A stretch of DNA of 64,000 nucleotides from Ruditapes philippinarum (Eukaryota), in contig NW_026851538.1 in NCBI RefSeq assembly GCF_026571515.1, positions 22,164 through 86,163 of the forward strand. The letters run 5' to 3'. Position numbers and translations under genes: made by a program. Under the pieces are notes generated by a model, which had not been told where the DNA came from, did no database searches, and saw only the letters and a program-made list of their open reading frames with translations. Below, in pieces: positions 37,881 through 50,890 of the stretch (position 1 is its first letter; each line of letters starts with the position of its first letter).

Positions 37881-38025
37881 GCACTTTGGCATAGAGAATA
37901 AGAAAGATGGCGTGGATGCTGCTAAATTGTTCAGCGTGCCAGATTTCGTTGGTGATGCTTGCAAAGCTATCGCCTCTCGTGTCAGAGGGGCCGTAGCTCA
38001 AGTGGCTTTCGATGATTTCCACAAG
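37881..38025 (+). CDS. MVP: MVP exon 10b, a tandem duplicate of 10a ((W)[48 protein letters not shown]). Predicted mutually exclusive with 10a.
   Basis: Acceptor gacttttcag, donor gtatcg, 145 nt, same phase as 10a, 50 nt downstream of it. Using both would add 145 nt and shift the frame. The two copies differ mainly at synonymous sites. Confidence 0.8.
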
Positions 38026-38963
38026 GTATCGCTTTTAGAAAAAAGAATGTGTGTGGTTTTGCAAATTCCCTTAAACCATTGATTTGATACAAAAAAATTA
38101 ATATAAAGAGAAAATTTCTTAATACATGTACACCTGCCTGCTGTGCTATGTTATGAAATTTCGATCCAATTCCTCTAAGTTGTCAAAAATCTACTCACCA
38201 GTGCTGAACCCAAGAGTAAATTAATAATTCTATTCAAATCCTTCAGAATCCATTTAATTTTATAGTAAACACGAAAAATGTATCTTATAAACCTTAAACT
38301 TTTAACACTTTTTAACTTTATTACCAAAACTTGTTTAACATCAAACGTATTTCCAATGGTTTTTGGAATGAAAAAAAATGTTTGTTTTAATACCCCCCCC
38401 CCCCACCCAGCCTTCGGAAAATGTTAGTTAGGGGCATTTTATAGAAATAATACGTTGCTATATGTTGCTCATTTGAGTAGGGATTATACCTTTTAGCAAT
38501 GATGATGTGCATGGGCCATTTGTTCCTAGGGAAACATAATATTTTTTTTCTTACACATTAAGGAAGTTTTTTTTTTCAAAATTCAAAAAGTAATTTTCAT
38601 AGCTATGGGTAGCTGATATATAGCTTTACACACTTAAAAAGATACAGAACAAATGTAGTTAAAAAACATTATTATAAAAAATTATGTACATACTCTGTAC
38701 AAGTTCAAAGTTTCAACATCTCATTTGTAAATTTTAAATGGTTGGTATTATAGTTAAAGTGTCTGCCTCTGAAATCAGAGGTTGTTGGTTAAATCCCTAC
38801 TTTGATGACCACCATGTTTCCTAATATTGTTTATTGGAGCCGGGATAAAGATTGGTTAAAATGAGCTCTTTTCCAATTTAATCGTATTCGAGCTGAAATA
38901 TGTATATTTAACTAGCACCATGGGTAGACTTTTTACTGATGACATGTTTTTTGCTTGTTACAG

Positions 38964-39175
38964 AATTCAGCTAGAGTTATCCGATCGTCTGTGTTTGGTT
39001 TTGATGAGAAGGACAAAGTTCGAGATGTGTTTGTTTTCAAGCAGAATAATCTATACATCACAAGTATTGATATCCAGTCCGTGGAACCTGTCGATCAGCG
39101 TACACGTGACTCGCTACAGAAATCTGTCCAACTGGCCATTGAAATCACCACCAACTCCCAGGAAGCTGCAGCCAG
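38964..39175 (+). CDS. MVP: MVP exon 11 ([70 protein letters not shown] + R partial)
   Basis: Acceptor cttgttacag, donor gtaatg, 212 nt. Human NSARIIRTAVFGF...[37 protein letters not shown]. Confidence 0.93.
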
Positions 39176-39580
39176 GTAATGTCATGTCTTGTTATTTTAC
39201 AGGCTCGAAATCTTTAACTCTAATGTGCTGAAGTATTATTTAGAAGTAACATTTCTACAGTTTTGTTATAAAAAATTATCATATTTTTGTCATTTTAGAT
39301 GTATTTTAAAGCTATCCTTGTAGTTTTGGTGGTTTTACTCCGGTGCCCATTTGTTCCTGAAATATCGACAGAGGGGCTCTTGAGGTCTGCCTCGGTTAGC
39401 TGGAAAATCAACATATGACCTATACTGTATTGGTGCAACGTAAAACCTAACAAAACCAAAAACATCAAATAAAAGTTCACTTTTAAGTGTATACATTTTG
39501 TACATGTACATTGAAGTTTTCTGTTGAAAAAACAGTTTAGCAGATATTTGAAGAATGACAATTTCTTTTTATTTTCACAG

Positions 39581-39800
39581 ACATGAAGCTGAACGATTAG
39601 AACAAGAGGCCAAGGGTCGTCTTGAACGTCAGAAAATCAGCGATGAGGCAGAAGCAGAAAAGGCCCGCAAGGACCTGCTGGAGCTACAGGCTAACAGCGC
39701 AGCTGTAGAGTCCACTGGTCAAGCTAAGGCCGAGGCACAGTCCAGGGCCGAGGCTTCAAGAATTGAGGGCGAGGCTGCTGTTGAACAAGCCAAATTGAAG
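39581..39800 (+). CDS. MVP: MVP exon 12 ((R)[73 protein letters not shown])
   Basis: Acceptor attttcacag, donor gtatgt, 1+219 nt. Human [73 protein letters not shown]. Confidence 0.93.
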
Positions 39801-41855
39801 GTATGTTACTAAATGTGTTACTTACATAAGGTAACGGATATTTATCACAAAAACCTAGGTGAAGGAGTGTAATAAGGTCATAAAATAAAAACGATATTTC
39901 AGTGTAATAATACTTCAATGTGATGTCATTTGCAATATATTTAAATAAGACGTTAAAGCGCATCGAATAAAAAAGTACTCTATTTATAAGTAAACCATTT
40001 TTAGTTTGGATATTTGATAAATAGTATATTATATTTGTGTAGATTCAATGCTAGATTTGTTGAACTCATTATATAAAACAATGTTATGCTTGTCTGAGGC
40101 TTGCATAATATGATTTTATTCAACATGTACAAAGATTTAGTGTCAGTTACTCTGATAGTCCTTACTTTACCTTAACGTCCTTACTTAACCTTAACCCACT
40201 GAATTTATGTATTTTGGTTTGTCAAGCATTTATTTGGAACACCCCATTAAAATTAAAGGGATGTCATTTAAAGCACAAAAAAATGAGCAACCAATACTTT
40301 AGAGCCTGACAAATGGTGCATAAATTTATTGACTGGCCTGGCCTTATTCTTGTGGCAAAGGTTGATTACCTTTGGTTCCAGGCTAAGGGAACCGTAAACA
40401 TTATTTTCACTTACAGCTTTAAAATATGATATTTTTCATGCAATTAAAGGGAGACCACTGAGTTTTTTTCACATGAGCTGAACTAGAAAACGTTTTTAGC
40501 TCGACTATTCGAAGAAAATGAGAGCTATTGTAGTCGCCCCGGCGTCGGCGTCAGCGTCCGCGTCGGCGTCTGCGTTGGTTAAAGTTTTTTGTAAAGTCAA
40601 ATATCTTAAATATTGCTTGAGATATTCAATTGAAACTTACAATACTTATTTATAGTAACAAGGTACATCAGATTGACAAGTTGGATAACTCTATCTACAA
40701 TATTGCCAGAATTATGCCCCTTTTTAACTTAGAAATTTTGGTTAAAGTTTTTTATAAAGACAAATATCTCAATTATTGTTTGAGATATTCAATTGAAACT
40801 TACAATACTTATTTATAGTAACAAGGTACATCAGATTGACAAGTTGGATAACTCTGCGTACAATATTGACAGAAATATGCCCCTTTGAAACTTAGAAATT
40901 TTGGTTAAAGTTTTTTTGTAAAGTCAAATATCTCAACTATTGCTTGAGATATTCATTTGAAATTTACAATACTTTTTTATAGTAACAATGTACATCATTT
41001 TGCTAAATTGCATATCTCTGTCTGCAATATTTGCAGAATTATTTGCCCCTTTGAAACTTAGAGATTTTGGTTAAAGGTTAAAGATCTTCAAAGATATTTA
41101 CTTGAAACTTTACACATGTACTTTGGGTTATAATATGAGGGTCATAATTGTATGTCACTGACCAAGTTCCATAACTCTATCTTGCATTAAGGCTGATTCA
41201 TATCCCCTTTTCTACTTAGTCTCTTGGATAATGTTTACATGCAAGCTTTACATATCTCAATAACTATTAAAGATATTTATTTAAAACTTCACATATGCAT
41301 TTAGGGTCAGAATTGTAGGTCACTGACAAAGATCCATAATTCTATCTTGCATTTAGGCTGATTTTTCTTCCTTTTTTCAACTTTAAAAATTCATGGTAAA
41401 GTTTTGCTTGTAAGCTGTTATCTCCATAACTACTGAAGGGTTTGTGCCTTTTTTGGGACAATTTTATGCATTCGTAATAATAAAGCAGTGATTTACTTGA
41501 TAAAACAGCTTAATAACAAGCCTTTGTACCTTTTCTGTCAATTTTATGTATTCATAGGTAATTAGTATTATTATACTCAATAAAGCACCCTTGTGACATT
41601 ACCTTCCAAATAGTCAAGCCAATACTGTATAATTAGACTCTCTCTAAGACCTATAACATGAATTTATAAAAAAAAATTAGCCCTTTTGTGAACTTAAAAA
41701 ATTTAACATTATCAAGGCTCTTTTACTATCAAGCAATTAGAATAGTCGAGCGTGCTGTCCTACCGACAGCTCTTGTTTCTTAAGCAAATCTGGACTGCTA
41801 TAAATTATATGGTTAATGTTTTACATAATTAATGCTCATGGTTTTCATTATATAG

Positions 41856-42236
41856 GCACAAGCCATGAAGATTGAGGCGGAGTCTGAACTTGAGAGGTTG
41901 ACCAGTGCCAGAGAGGCGGAGCTTAAGTTTGTAAAGGAACAGAATGAAATGGAATTGGCCAAATCCAGAGAGACTGCCGAGATCGAGACAGTTAAGTTCA
42001 AGCAAATGGTGGACGCTATTGGTTCGAGCACCCTTCAGGCCATTGCCACGGCTGGTCCGGATCTTCAGGTCCGCATGCTCCAGGCTCTTGGTATGAAATC
42101 AACTGTGATCACCGACGGCACCACACCGGTCAATTTGTTTAACACGGCCCAAGGACTAATTGGGGGAATTGGAGGTGGACATATGGTCCCTTCAAAACGT
42201 GCACGAAGAAATGACGATGATGAGGATGATGATTAG
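41856..42236 (+). CDS. MVP: MVP terminal exon ([15 protein letters not shown]...[80 protein letters not shown])
   Basis: Acceptor ttatatag, TAG stop at 42234-42236. Part of listed ORF 41865-42236. Human AQALAIETEAELQRV...[57 protein letters not shown]. Total CDS is 2580 nt, 859 aa. Confidence 0.93.
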   Translation, partial: AQAMKIEAESELERLTSAREAELKFVKEQNEMELAKSRETAEIETVKFKQMVDAIGSSTLQAIATAGPDLQVRMLQALGMKSTVITDGTTPVNLFNTAQGLIGGIGGGHMVPSKRARRNDDDEDDD

Positions 42237-43261
42237 ACACAAAAAAACGCCATGTTACGCCACCGAATATCAAACGGTCTAAAACAAAAACAAGATTCTT
42301 GATAAAATTTTGTGAAGATTGCACTGTAAACCTTGATTTTGTGTTTTACATATTGTGGTAGGGGGTTGGGTATGTAGTTACTGCAGATATAATGTACATG
42401 TATACATCATAAATGAACAATTACTCAACAAGTATAAAACCATTATATAAATGTATTGTTTGTACAAAATACATACATAGGCCCAAATATTTGTTTAAAT
42501 ATGTATTCTGTTTTTGTTTACTCGAACTTTAATATATATTTATGTTGATAAAGACATTTTATTGCCTGGCTTAGGTCCATGTATCACTTGAAAGATAAAA
42601 TATTTTGTTGCATAAAATCAAATCCATACCTGAAATGCCTCATTGTGTGTTGTAACATATGAACTTTGACCTATTTTTCTGTGATAGTTATGTATTGTTT
42701 ATTTTCAACTATAAAGCATTGATTTGTTTTGAACATGTTAGTATGTTGATTTATCACAAGATGTTTTTGTTTTTTTATTTTTTTTTTCTTCTTATTGTTA
42801 ACAAGTCATATGACAAATTTTCACATTTGAATGCATTCGTTACGGATTTTTCATTCATATTTTATAATTGTAGATAGAATATATATGAAATGAATATATT
42901 TCATTTTTTTCTATATTACCTTTTTTTTAAGGTTACTGCTAAATTCTATTTTATTTCATTACGCCTAATAATGATACTGCTGCTTTCCTTATCAGTGTTA
43001 GAAAAATTTTCAAATCTGTTAAGACATAAGTGTAATATATATGTAAATCATGGACAAAATATATTGACATAAATATAATGCTATGTTGCAAGGGACACAA
43101 CCTGTGTATATTTGTGTAGTATTGTTGGATATTTTTTATAAAAAAAATATTTGATTTTTATGTTCATATATAACACATATATTTATGTATAAAGTGAAAA
43201 TCTGGTGTTAACATGTATTTTGAAATAGATGTTACAATTTCGTATTGTCTGTATCAGGTAC

Positions 43262-43372
43262 GTATATTAACGATCGGCAGTCTGGATGGATTATCTGCCA
43301 CGACAGCATAATTTACCGTTATTGATTTACTGTATAGAGTTGCGGATACCGTTAATATACGTACCTGTCTGT
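43262..43372. repeat. inverted repeat with arms of about 25 bp (caggtacgtatattaacgatcggc ... ccgttaatatacgtacctg) around a spacer of about 65 bp, about 1 kb beyond the MVP stop
   Basis: Arms read directly. MITE-like or a structural element. Confidence 0.55.
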
Positions 43373-44025
43373 ATGAAGAAAAACAAACAAAAAAAAACAA
43401 CAGCAAAATTCTTCATAAAGTGTGCAATGGTTTACAGTAGGGTGAGAAAATGGCACAAATCCAGTTAAGAATTAACACAAAAAATACGTTTTTCAATTTA
43501 TTTAGGAGTATATTTCTACATTATCATTTGCATATCATAGTGTTATAGGGATTTAAACCGCAGTGGAGTTCCTTTAAGACAAGGTCAGTGGTGACCCTTG
43601 ATTGGACTAATTATGTGCGGGCTGTGAGGTGGCAATCTTAAGGTTTAATGGCTTGAGGGTACAGTGCAGACAAGCTTTCTACTAACAAAATGTTTGGGAT
43701 ACAGATTAATATGTTTTGTAATGTTTTCAAATTATTGTTAACATTTTTTTTTCTTGTTCTTTTGTCATGAGGTTTCATTTTGTAAACGGAATGATGTTGT
43801 GCTTAAATATATTTTTTCTACACTTTGTTTTCTAAATTGTTTTTTTTTATATTTCTTACACTATGTGATAAGTCAATCACCTCTAAAACAAAATCGCCTT
43901 TTGTTGTTTATTTCTTTAATATATTATTTATAGATGCGTACAAATAAATATTTGACATAAAAAATGATGTTTGTTGTTTATGTGAATTTAAGTGTGTAAA
44001 TGATTATTTATACCATGACTTTTTA

Positions 44026-46389
44026 GCTCACCTGTCACAAAGTGACAGGGTGAGCTTTTGTGATCGCTTTTCGTCCGGCGTCCGTCCGTCCGTCGTCCGT
44101 CCGTAAACTTTTGCTTTAAATGACATCTCCTCATAAACCACTGAGCCAATTTCATCCAAACTTCACAGGAATGTTCCTTTGGTGGTCACCTTTAAAAATT
44201 GTTCAAAGAATTTAATTCCATGCAGAACTCTGGTTGCCATGGCAACCAAAAGAAAAATCTTTAAATATCTTCTTTTAAACAACCCTAAGAGCTAGAGCTT
44301 AGATATTTGGCATGAAACATCTTCTAGTGAGTGTCTACCAAGTTTGTTCAAATAAAAGCCCTGGGGTCAAAAATGGCCCCGCCCCAGGGGGTCATTGATT
44401 TTCCCTATATGCATATAGTAAAAACTTAAAAAATCTTCTTTTAAAGAACCCAAAGAGCTAGAGCTAAGATATTTGGCATGAAACATCTTCTAGTGAGTGT
44501 CTACCAAGTTTGTTCAAATAAAAGCCCTGGGGTCAAAATTGGCCCCGTCCGGGGGGTCATTGATTTTCCCTATATGCATATAGTAAAAACTTAAAAATCT
44601 TCTTTTAAAGAACCGTAAGAGCTAGAGCTTAGATATTAAGCATGAAACATCTTCTAGTGAATGTCTACCAAGTTTGTTCAAATAAAAGCCCTGGGGTCAA
44701 AATTGGCCCCGCCCCAGGGGGTCATTGATTTTCCCTATATGCATATAGTAAAAACTTAAAAAATCTTCTTTTAAAGAACCCAAAGAGCTAGAGCTAAGAT
44801 ATTAAGCATGAAACATCTTCTAGTGAGTGTCTACCAAGTTTGTTCAAATTAAAGCCCTGTGGTCAAAATTGGCCCCACCCCGGGGGGTCATTGATTTTCC
44901 CTATATGCATATACTAAAATCTTAAAAAATCTTCTTTTAAAGAACCATAAGAGCTAGAGCTTAGATATTTGGCATGAAACATCTTCTAGTGAATGTCTAC
45001 CAAGTTTGTTCAAATAAAAGCCCTGGGGTCAAAATTGACCCCGCCCCAGGGGGTCATAGATTTTCCCTATATGCATATAGTAAAAACTTAAAAAATCTTC
45101 TTTTAAAGAACCCAAAGAGCTAGAGCTAAGATATTTAGCATGAAACATCTTCTAATGAGTGTCTACCAAGTTTGTTCAAATAAAAGCCCTGGGGTCAAAA
45201 TTGGCCCCGCCCAAGGGGGTCATTGATTTTCCCTATATGCATATAGTAAAAACTTAAAAAATCTTCTTTTAACGAACTCAAAGAGCTAGAGCTAAGATAT
45301 TTAGCATGAAACATGTTCTAATGGGTGTCTACCAAGTATGTTCAAATAAAAGCCCTGGGGTCAAAATTGACCCCGCCCCGGGGGTCATTGATTTTCCTTA
45401 TATGTGTATAGCAAAAAACTTAAACTCTTCTTTGAAAAAGCCCAAATAGCTAGAGTTTAGATATTAAGCATGAAACATCTTCTAGTAAGTGTCTACAAAG
45501 TTTGTTCAAATAAAAGCCATGGGGTCAAAACTGGCCCCGCCCCAGGGGTGTCATTGTTTTTAACTATATGTGTATAGCAAAAACTTAAAAAAATCTTCTT
45601 TTAAAAAGCCCAATGAGCTAGAGCTTAGATGTTTAGCATGAAACATCTTCTTATGGGTGTCTACCAAGTTTGTTCAAATAAAAGCCCTGGGGTCAAAATT
45701 AGCCCCACACCAGGGGGTCATTGATTGTCCCTATATGCATATAGTAAAAACTTAAAAAATCTTCTTTTAAAGAACTCAAAGAGCTAGAGCTAAGATATCT
45801 AGCATCAATCATGTTCTAATAGGTGTCTACCAACTTTGTTCAAATAAAAGCCCTGGGGTCAAAATTGGCCCTGCCCAGGGGGTCATTGATTTTCGTTATA
45901 TGTGTATAGCAAAAACTTAAAATCTTCTTTGAAAAAACCCAAATAGCTAGAGTTTAGATATTAAGCATGAAACATCTTCTAGTGAGTGTCTACAAAGTTT
46001 GTTCAAATACAAGCCCTGGGGTCAAAATTGGCCCCGTCCCGTCGTTCATTGATTTTCCTTATATGTGTATAGCAAAAACTTAAAATTTTCTTTGAAAAAA
46101 CTCAAATAGCTAGTGTTTAGATCTTTAAGCATGAAACATCTTCTAGTAAGTGTCTACAAAGTTTGTTCAAATAAAAGCCCTGGGGTCAAAACTGGCCCCG
46201 CCCCAGGGGTGTCATTGTTTTTAACTTTATGTGTATAGTAAAAACTTAAAAAAAATTTCTTTTAAAAAGCCCAATGAGCTAGAGCTAAGATGTTTAGCAT
46301 GAAACATCTTCTTATGGTGGTGGGGGGGGGGGGGTGCTATATACAGGTGAGCGACCTCAGGGCCATCATGGCCCTCTTGTTTTATTATA
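44026..46389 (+). mobile_element. second copy of the 2.3-kb hairpin-(CCGT)n-satellite element (about 13 units of about 165 bp), downstream of MVP
   Basis: Head tttagctcacctgtcacaaagtgacagggtgagcttttgtgatcgcttttcgtccggcgtccgtcc. Tail ggtggggggggggggtgctatatacaggtgagcgacctcagggccatcatggccctcttgttttatt. Both match 26458-28737. Confidence 0.85.
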
Positions 46390-46414
46390 CAGTAGGAAAA
46401 AATCGGGGCCTCCT

Positions 46415-46660
46415 TGGCTGAGTGGTTACAGTTGTTGACTTCAAACTACAGTTCCTCACGCTTGTGGGTTTGAATCCCGCCAGTTCAAGGGAGGAGACTT
46501 TCCAACTAGCTTACGAAGTGTTGGTGATTCTAGTCAAGTACCTGTTCGTGCCTGAAATATTGCACGGAGTGGCACCTGAGGTTGTCCTCCAGCACTAAAG
46601 CTTGTAAGTCGCCATATGACATTTACCGTGTAAGTGCAACATGAAAAACCAAAAAAGTAA
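46415..46660 (+). mobile_element. tRNA-derived SINE (A-box tggctgagtggtta, B-box gggtttgaatcccgcc)
   Basis: Immediately follows the satellite element. Same family as 36430 and 57890. Confidence 0.6.
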
Positions 46661-47365
46661 GAAACAATTATTTCATAATGGCCCCTAAGCAGTCATTATT
46701 ATAGCACCAGTACAAGTTTTTCATATTGGCAATTATTTAATGGGCCCATAGAGGTAATTTATCAAGATACAGGTATTTAAAAGGTCTACATTGATAATCA
46801 TAGAAAAAGAAACTAGGTACATTGGCCATTATTTAATCGGTCTTCTGTGGAAATTATAAATTCTGATTTGCCAGTATTAACTTGGTCAACAGCCGTTATT
46901 ATAGAAAGAATAAGTACAATACATGTATATCATTTTGGCCTTTACATAGCTTAGCATAGGAAAAGAACAAGTTTTTCAGTCATTATTTAAAAAAAGAACA
47001 AGTTTTTTCTTGCAAGCCAATATAAAAGAGGACAAGGTTTTCATGCAAGCCATTATTAAGGGATTCATATAAGCACGGACCTTCATTGACAATTAAGGTC
47101 CGTGATATCGGCTATCATAGAAAAATGAGGAAAAAAAACATTCATGCAAAAGAAAACAAAATATACTGAAAATACTTAAAAAGGTTTTACTTGTTTAATT
47201 AAGGTCTTGTTTACCTAAATATGGAAACCATCGGACATGGCATTCAGGGCTCGCTGGTTGGATCTTCGGGCTAGGCGAAATTTCTCCGTGAAATTTAATC
47301 TCGGACAGTGAGTCTTATATATGGTCATTTTATGTCATTCAGAAATCATGTGGTAGTCGGTAGTA

Positions 47366-48255
47366 TCAGTCCTGAATGTTCCAGTTTAAATTTACATTTT
47401 CTATGTTTCTACTTAATGTAAATTCCGTTATCTGAGCACCTTCTTTCCTCAGTTCCTGCCTCTGCTTTTCTATACCACTTATGGCAGTGGCACATGCTGC
47501 AATATTTATATCATCAGACTCAGGTGATGTCTCTGTGTCATTTATGTTACATTCTGATTCAGACAACTTTCGCTTAACTCGTTTTGCTTTCTTGACAATT
47601 TCTTTCTCTTGCTTGATTTTCTCTTTTTCCTGTTTTATTTTCAGCCTTATTTCTTGCTTCTTACGTACTGCATCTCATCATTTTCGCCTATAATGATACC
47701 TTCCCTTCTATCCTTTTAAGCTTGTTATTTCTGGACTTTTCTTCCTTTACCTGTTTATGCTATCTTTTTCAGTCAGTTCTTCTTCGATTTCATTGGTCGT
47801 TAGAACCCGCGCTTTCTTTTCCACTTTACTACCGGGGGCAGTTTTGCACTTAGCATCAAATGTTGGCGTGACCAAGACATTTGGAAGATCTTCTGAAATT
47901 AGCAAAGCTGTCACAAGTGGGTTCAATTTAATCGTCTCTTGGGGGCGATTTCTGCTGTATATATGACTTGTCCTTTCAGAGAAAACTCTTTCTTGTTTCC
48001 TAGCGAAAAGTAGGCCTATTTCATTTTCTTGATCAATTGGTTCAAGGGCAACAACCTTTTCCTTCAAGACGTTCCACGTTTGATACGTTCTGTCATCTGG
48101 CAAGTCAATATTAAAGTTCGAACATTCATGGTAACACCTCTTTTTCTTTGCGCAAGTGTCATCTCCATTATAGCTGCCAAAGCCAGTTCGGGGGGGGGGG
48201 GGTTCTGTACTATTAAATCAGCTATCTCACCATCATTGATGACTGGTTGAGGCAT
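47366..48255 (-). pseudogene. unassigned minus-strand ORF cluster: three consecutive ORFs in two frames, Lys/Glu-rich, interrupted around a G13 homopolymer (48190-48202). Possible frameshifted gene, retrogene or TE-derived ORF.
   Basis: ORFs 48064-48255, 47747-48103 and 47366-47566 overlap or abut in different frames. The second ends at caacag|gtaaag, a donor-like site. No family was recognised. Confidence 0.25.
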
Positions 48256-50769
48256 CAGTCTACACTAGCAAGTATCGTTTACCCGTCTTCACCTACTACA
48301 AAGGGGATGTCATCAAACATAAAACCGTGGATGTCTGTAGGACTAGAGCATGTAGAGAGCACACTGTTGAAATCAAATGCTACATCTTTGCTACCACTGG
48401 GAAACCTTGTAGGTGTTGCTGTCATAGGATGTGTGTTACCAATGCACCAATAAATAGATTCAGACTTAACGTTGGAATTGTCAAATTTAATGTTGGTTTG
48501 TTAAAGCCTATGATAATATAGACATATAACAACAAAGAAATGTAGCTTTATAGTGCCTTTTCATTTATATCATAGTTACTGTTAATTAGGTTACTGTGAA
48601 GAATAAATTAAAAAAAAGTATAGAAATTGTGGTAACGGTAACTCGTCAATAGGGTCCCGGAGTCGTCAATGACTCTCTATGTCAAAAGCTACGCATAAGA
48701 GCATTTTTTTAATCAAAAGGAGCTCACTGCTAAAAGGTTAAGGTTTAGGTTTATTTGAATAAGTCAGGGCCCATATGGGCGGGTGACAACATAAAACAGT
48801 ACATACATACAAAATAACACAAAATGGCAAATAATATGTAAAAACATATACTACAAAATGGCAAATTAAAATATAATATTTCAGAACATCAACACTTGTT
48901 TACTTTGATAATCAATCGTCTGCATGGTACAGAATACCACTTCGCCACAGACCCCTGAATTTGAGTGTTGTCGTCGACAAAGTAGGAGAAAAACTTGTTT
49001 TTTGGGATGAATTTTTATTGTCATATGCGAGGATGTTGTGTACTTAATGGATATAACATACAAACCATATAAATATAAATAAACTGTTAACCTTTCAAAA
49101 AATGCCCGCTCGAAAACTTTTGGCTCACGTGATCGAAAGGGAGACAACAAAATGACAAATTACGGACTCTGACGAGTTACGGTTCTTTTACGTTAGTCGG
49201 TCATTTGCGGGAAAAAAACTAGTAATTAATATACATGTAATTAGTTATCAACGAAAACCAGTTAGGTGTCCAGACAGTCCACTGTGATATAACAAAACAT
49301 GCATTATATATTATCGCAAACAAACAACGCTCAAGGTTGGACTGATCAGTCTATCAGTGTATATGGAATTTGATGCAGGTTGGCACTTTGACAACAAGCA
49401 AAGGTCCAGAAGTAGTCCATGAACTTGACGTCTTTTTCCTAAAAGAGAAGAGCGCTTATTAAGGATTTCAGACTCTAATTGGCATGTTTGAGAATATATA
49501 AAATTTCACATAGTCGTTATTAAATCCAAATTAGTGCCATCGATAGGTTTTTGCATTCGTAAATAAATAAATAAATTTAATTAATCAATTTACCTACCTA
49601 CATATCCTATCTGACCTCTAACCTAACATAACCTTATTTATTTTTTTATCTATTTTTTATTTATTTATTTATTTAATTATTTTTATTTATTTATTTATTT
49701 TTCTATTTTGCTAAAACTTTTATCAGCATATTCATTTTTAATAACAGACCATTCAAATTCTAAACAAGCCTCAAAAACACACGACGAACGTCAAGCTATA
49801 TATTTTTTACAAATCATTCATCAAACGCATGAAATTAAATAAACCTAACACATGTACGTATATCTTGTAACTGGCATACGGTAACGCATAAAATATTCTT
49901 TGTGCTTAGCAAACTGACCGAGTTTATCTTATTGATGGTATGCTTCTATATATAAATGTATAATGTAAGTACATACATTATAAAGGACATATGCACTTGA
50001 ATGAAAGGTGCTCCACTAACTTATGAAACACAATTTGAAAATTAACTGGGAGGGGGGAGACTTAAAGCCTTATGCCTCCAGATGAGCCAATAAATTTCAA
50101 GAAAACTTGCGAAAAGTAACCGAGATTTTAAGGAAAGTAAACAGGGTCAATACAGAAGTAATATATTCCATGTTGTGTGCCATTTATGTAGTGTATGACA
50201 GAGTTTGTAGTATTTTTCACTACATCACTACTCCGTGACTAACGCGGAAAGGGCTATTTTGCATATTTCGACGTTTTTGTACTTTACATGGGTTGTAAGT
50301 GCCGTTGTATGATAATTAGCATGAATCTGGAGGGGTGGTGCTTTAAAACGGAAAAATATAAAAAAAAAAGAAAAAGAAATATACTTTGTATTAGATTAGA
50401 AAATAAAAATCTATATTAAGTGCGATTTTTAAACCAAGTTGAGTAAAAAAAAAAACAACTGTTCAAGTCACCTATTTACTAATATATTAAAGGGAAGATT
50501 TTTTTTATATATGAGAGAACTCGAAATATTTTTTCCGAGTCTTTTGCACCATCTGATGTAAGAGTGGACAATTGTATGCGAAAAAGATCGCTCCATTTAT
50601 CCAGAATTTTATTTTATATTGTTCAAAATTACCTAAAACTGAAAATCGTTGGACGCTTTTATGAAAAAAAAAAAACAACTCCTCTAAAGAATTTTTTTCT
50701 TTAATATTTTGTTCTTCATTTTAAAACATTATGCCTTCTTATTCTGAAATGCATTTTTGTCAAGTCGTC

Positions 50770-50890
50770 GATGGTATTTTGATCATGTTTCAATTTTCAT
50801 TGAGACAGAGCATCTACTTTTGGTCATTTAAAAAAAAAAGTACAAGGTTTCTGTCTGCTCGACAACAGCGGACAAATGCCCCTTGGTAAT
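50770..50890 (+). repeat. dispersed repeat of about 120 bp, copy 1 (catgtttcaattttcattgag...ggtttctgtc...cgacaacagcggacaaatgcccc)
   Basis: About 80% identical to 52805-52925. The two copies bracket the first exon of the glucanase gene. Confidence 0.6.
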
